Below, piece by piece: positions 63,301 to 64,000 of a stretch of DNA of 64,000 nucleotides. Within the stretch, counting starts at the first letter, position 1; each line of letters opens with the position of its first letter. The notes under the pieces were generated by a model. It was not told where the DNA came from. It worked only from the letters and a program-made list of their open reading frames with translations, and ran no database searches. The position numbers and the translations under genes were made by a program. Source of the DNA: Tubiluchus corallicola. Lineage: Eukaryota; Animalia; Priapulida. The DNA is taken from the NCBI GenBank assembly GCA_030141605.1, contig JAQGDQ010000079.1, forward strand, positions 248,001-312,000, given 5' to 3'.

Positions 63301-63998
63301 CCGGGACTAATGACATCATTCAGCGAGACTCCATCGCATTCTTCTGACGAATCAAACACCATGCGTACTTTTGTTGTCTCTCTATCTGGTCTGATTATTG
63401 GAAAATGGGGTAAAAACCATCGTCCGCATTGCTGATCTTCTAATGATGTCACTTGACGTATGTAGCCTTTCTTCACATACTGCTGAATATTATCTTCGTA
63501 TATTTTTGCCACTTCTGGATTTTTTAGTAGACGTTTTTCGGTGCTCTGTAGTCTTTTCAGTGCCTTTTCGTAGCTCAATTTCGCACTAGGCAGCTCAACT
63601 GAATTATCTTTCCATGGTATGCAAACCTCATAATGTCCATCCGTCATTTTCATGGATTTCTCTACTTTAGCTAAAGCGTTCTCTGCACCAATATCCAGAA
63701 TGCGGCAACTTGGCATCGTGCCAGCTGAATCTATCTGCCAAAATTGTTGCAACATCTCATCAAGCCGAATTTCACTAGCTTCAGCCGAAAAATACGTGTG
63801 AACGAAATTGGTGCGAACACGATAACTGTCGCAATCATTTGGTTGTCCTATACATGTCCATCCGAGTGGAGTTAATCTAGCTATTGGCTCCCCTGGCTTT
63901 CCACGAACATCTCTGTACGAATAATGTAAATCGGTGTAATCGCTGCCAATCAACATGTCTACGATGAGGCGACGTCCTAGTTTTGGAAATTCAATAGC
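60396..63998 (-). CDS. BEL/Pao gag-pol polyprotein, partial (RT, RNase H, integrase)
   Basis: Frame is open to the window edge (AIEFPKLGRRLIVDMLIGSD...). Motifs: T.LGW, FLPHFPIIRPD, RT YMDD, TKRNIL...FDPLG, RNase H FVDAS/PRLE/WCDS, integrase HH..CAKC, VDFAGP, SDNG, GGAYE, PLTPNHFL, W.RW..EWL. Confidence 0.96.
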   Translation of the reverse strand, partial: AIEFPKLGRRLIVDMLIGSDYTDLHYSYRDVRGKPGEPIARLTPLGWTCIGQPNDCDSYRVRTNFVHTYFSAEASEIRLDEMLQQFWQIDSAGTMPSCRILDIGAENALAKVEKSMKMTDGHYEVCIPWKDNSVELPSAKLSYEKALKRLQSTEKRLLKNPEVAKIYEDNIQQYVKKGYIRQVTSLEDQQCGRWFLPHFPIIRPDRETTKVRMVFDSSEECDGVSLNDVISPGPKLQRDLFDVLLRFRKNPVALVSDIAEMYLMIKIVPEDRVYHRFLWRNFENRQPDQYEFERVVFGVNASPFLAQFVTRKHAEKFQLQYPMATETILYSTYMDDSMDSAIDDEQGIELYSQLSGLWEKAGMRARKWLSNSPVVLAEIPQEERASEINLDEGLLPSIKTLGVLWLAKEDVFTFKPKSMDIDNFLFTKRNILRKFATIFDPLGFLAAFLVRGKIIMQEMWTAGLGWDDELDENLQWKAKMWFTELIEMPEIHIPRCLVTEGGTDSCTLHTFVDASQEAYAAVSYLRCTYPDGTISCRLIAAKSRVAPLIAISIPRLEMMAAILGLRLTDHIAGALNMELKNAIFWCDSMNVLWWIRSRSRTLKPFIANRIGEIQSQTFPHQWRHVTSKENAADAVTRRKTANQLINDEKWWRGPKFLHKNEQEWPSKIIEFQQVDDAELRKPTKIRHVSNRETAETYITGPIQNQDDNWRLKPERFSSWLRLIRVQAWVHRFLENCRDSKLHKKFGELEPDELQDVEISIVRNMQREAFSLEYKLLQNNQQLPKNSNLLKLQPRLDEVGVIRSEGRLIHAEYLSYDARHPIILPKNNWVTKLIIGHHHEKAHHAIGVNQTLASLSARYWVISGREEIRKLEKECAKCRKQKAQTATQVMAPIPEIRVKLPLRAFARTAVDFAGPFITVQGRGKRRQKRYLCLFTCMTSRAVHLEIAFGLDTDSFLNAFYRMVNRRGLPTEMLSDNGLNFVGANNELQSLLVKLDEEKIQRTSANQGIKWHFNPPLAPHFGGAYEIMVKAAKRAIFAILGNADVTDEELMTAFTGAEALLNSRPLTYQTADEKDDIPLTPNHFLFGQVGGQFAPESVDNTDFNPRKRWRRVQELIRHFWKRWMREWLPGLNRRSKWNRVQRDIQVNDILLVISPNTPRGQWPMGRILEVYPGSDGHTRVAKLKIGNSELTRPITKLSTGVH

Positions 63999-64000
63999 TT

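Larger units (their letters stand above)
59756..64000 (-). mobile_element. BEL/Pao LTR retrotransposon (3' portion), antisense in an OSBPL8 intron
   Basis: Long pol ORF plus PPT plus 3' LTR; the 5' part lies beyond the window. Confidence 0.95.

Noticed and set aside
60703-63589. Several plus-strand ORFs over the retrotransposon
   Set aside because: Antisense shadows of the pol ORF with no ORP-like content.

Overview
This is AT-rich animal genomic DNA with GT-AG spliceosomal introns. It is probably from an invertebrate, and a lophotrochozoan is only a guess. Three host genes were reconstructed by hand. (1) The 5' half of a myotubularin-related SBF1/SBF2 (MTMR5/13) gene lies on the minus strand, with ten coding exons of the DENN region from ATG 16453 running off the left edge. 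(2) A complete, intronless PRMT5 (18279-20159, +) sits head-to-head with it. (3) The 5' part of an oxysterol-binding-protein-related ORP5/ORP8 (OSBPL8) gene lies on the plus strand (about 22.9-59.5 kb and onward) and is largely missed by the ORF track. It appears to have several alternative ATG-bearing first exons, all ending in phase 1, which would give different N-termini ahead of the polybasic/PH membrane-targeting module. Introns carry a near-intact antisense BEL/Pao LTR retrotransposon (truncated by the right edge) and two hAT elements with TIRs and 8-bp TSDs. One of those hAT elements has its empty-site paralogue in the window. There are also degraded Tc1/mariner, CR1, I/Nimb-like and Helentron-like remnants, a 124-bp tandem duplication and microsatellites. 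No rRNA, tRNA or CRISPR array was found. All calls are by eye, with no database search.
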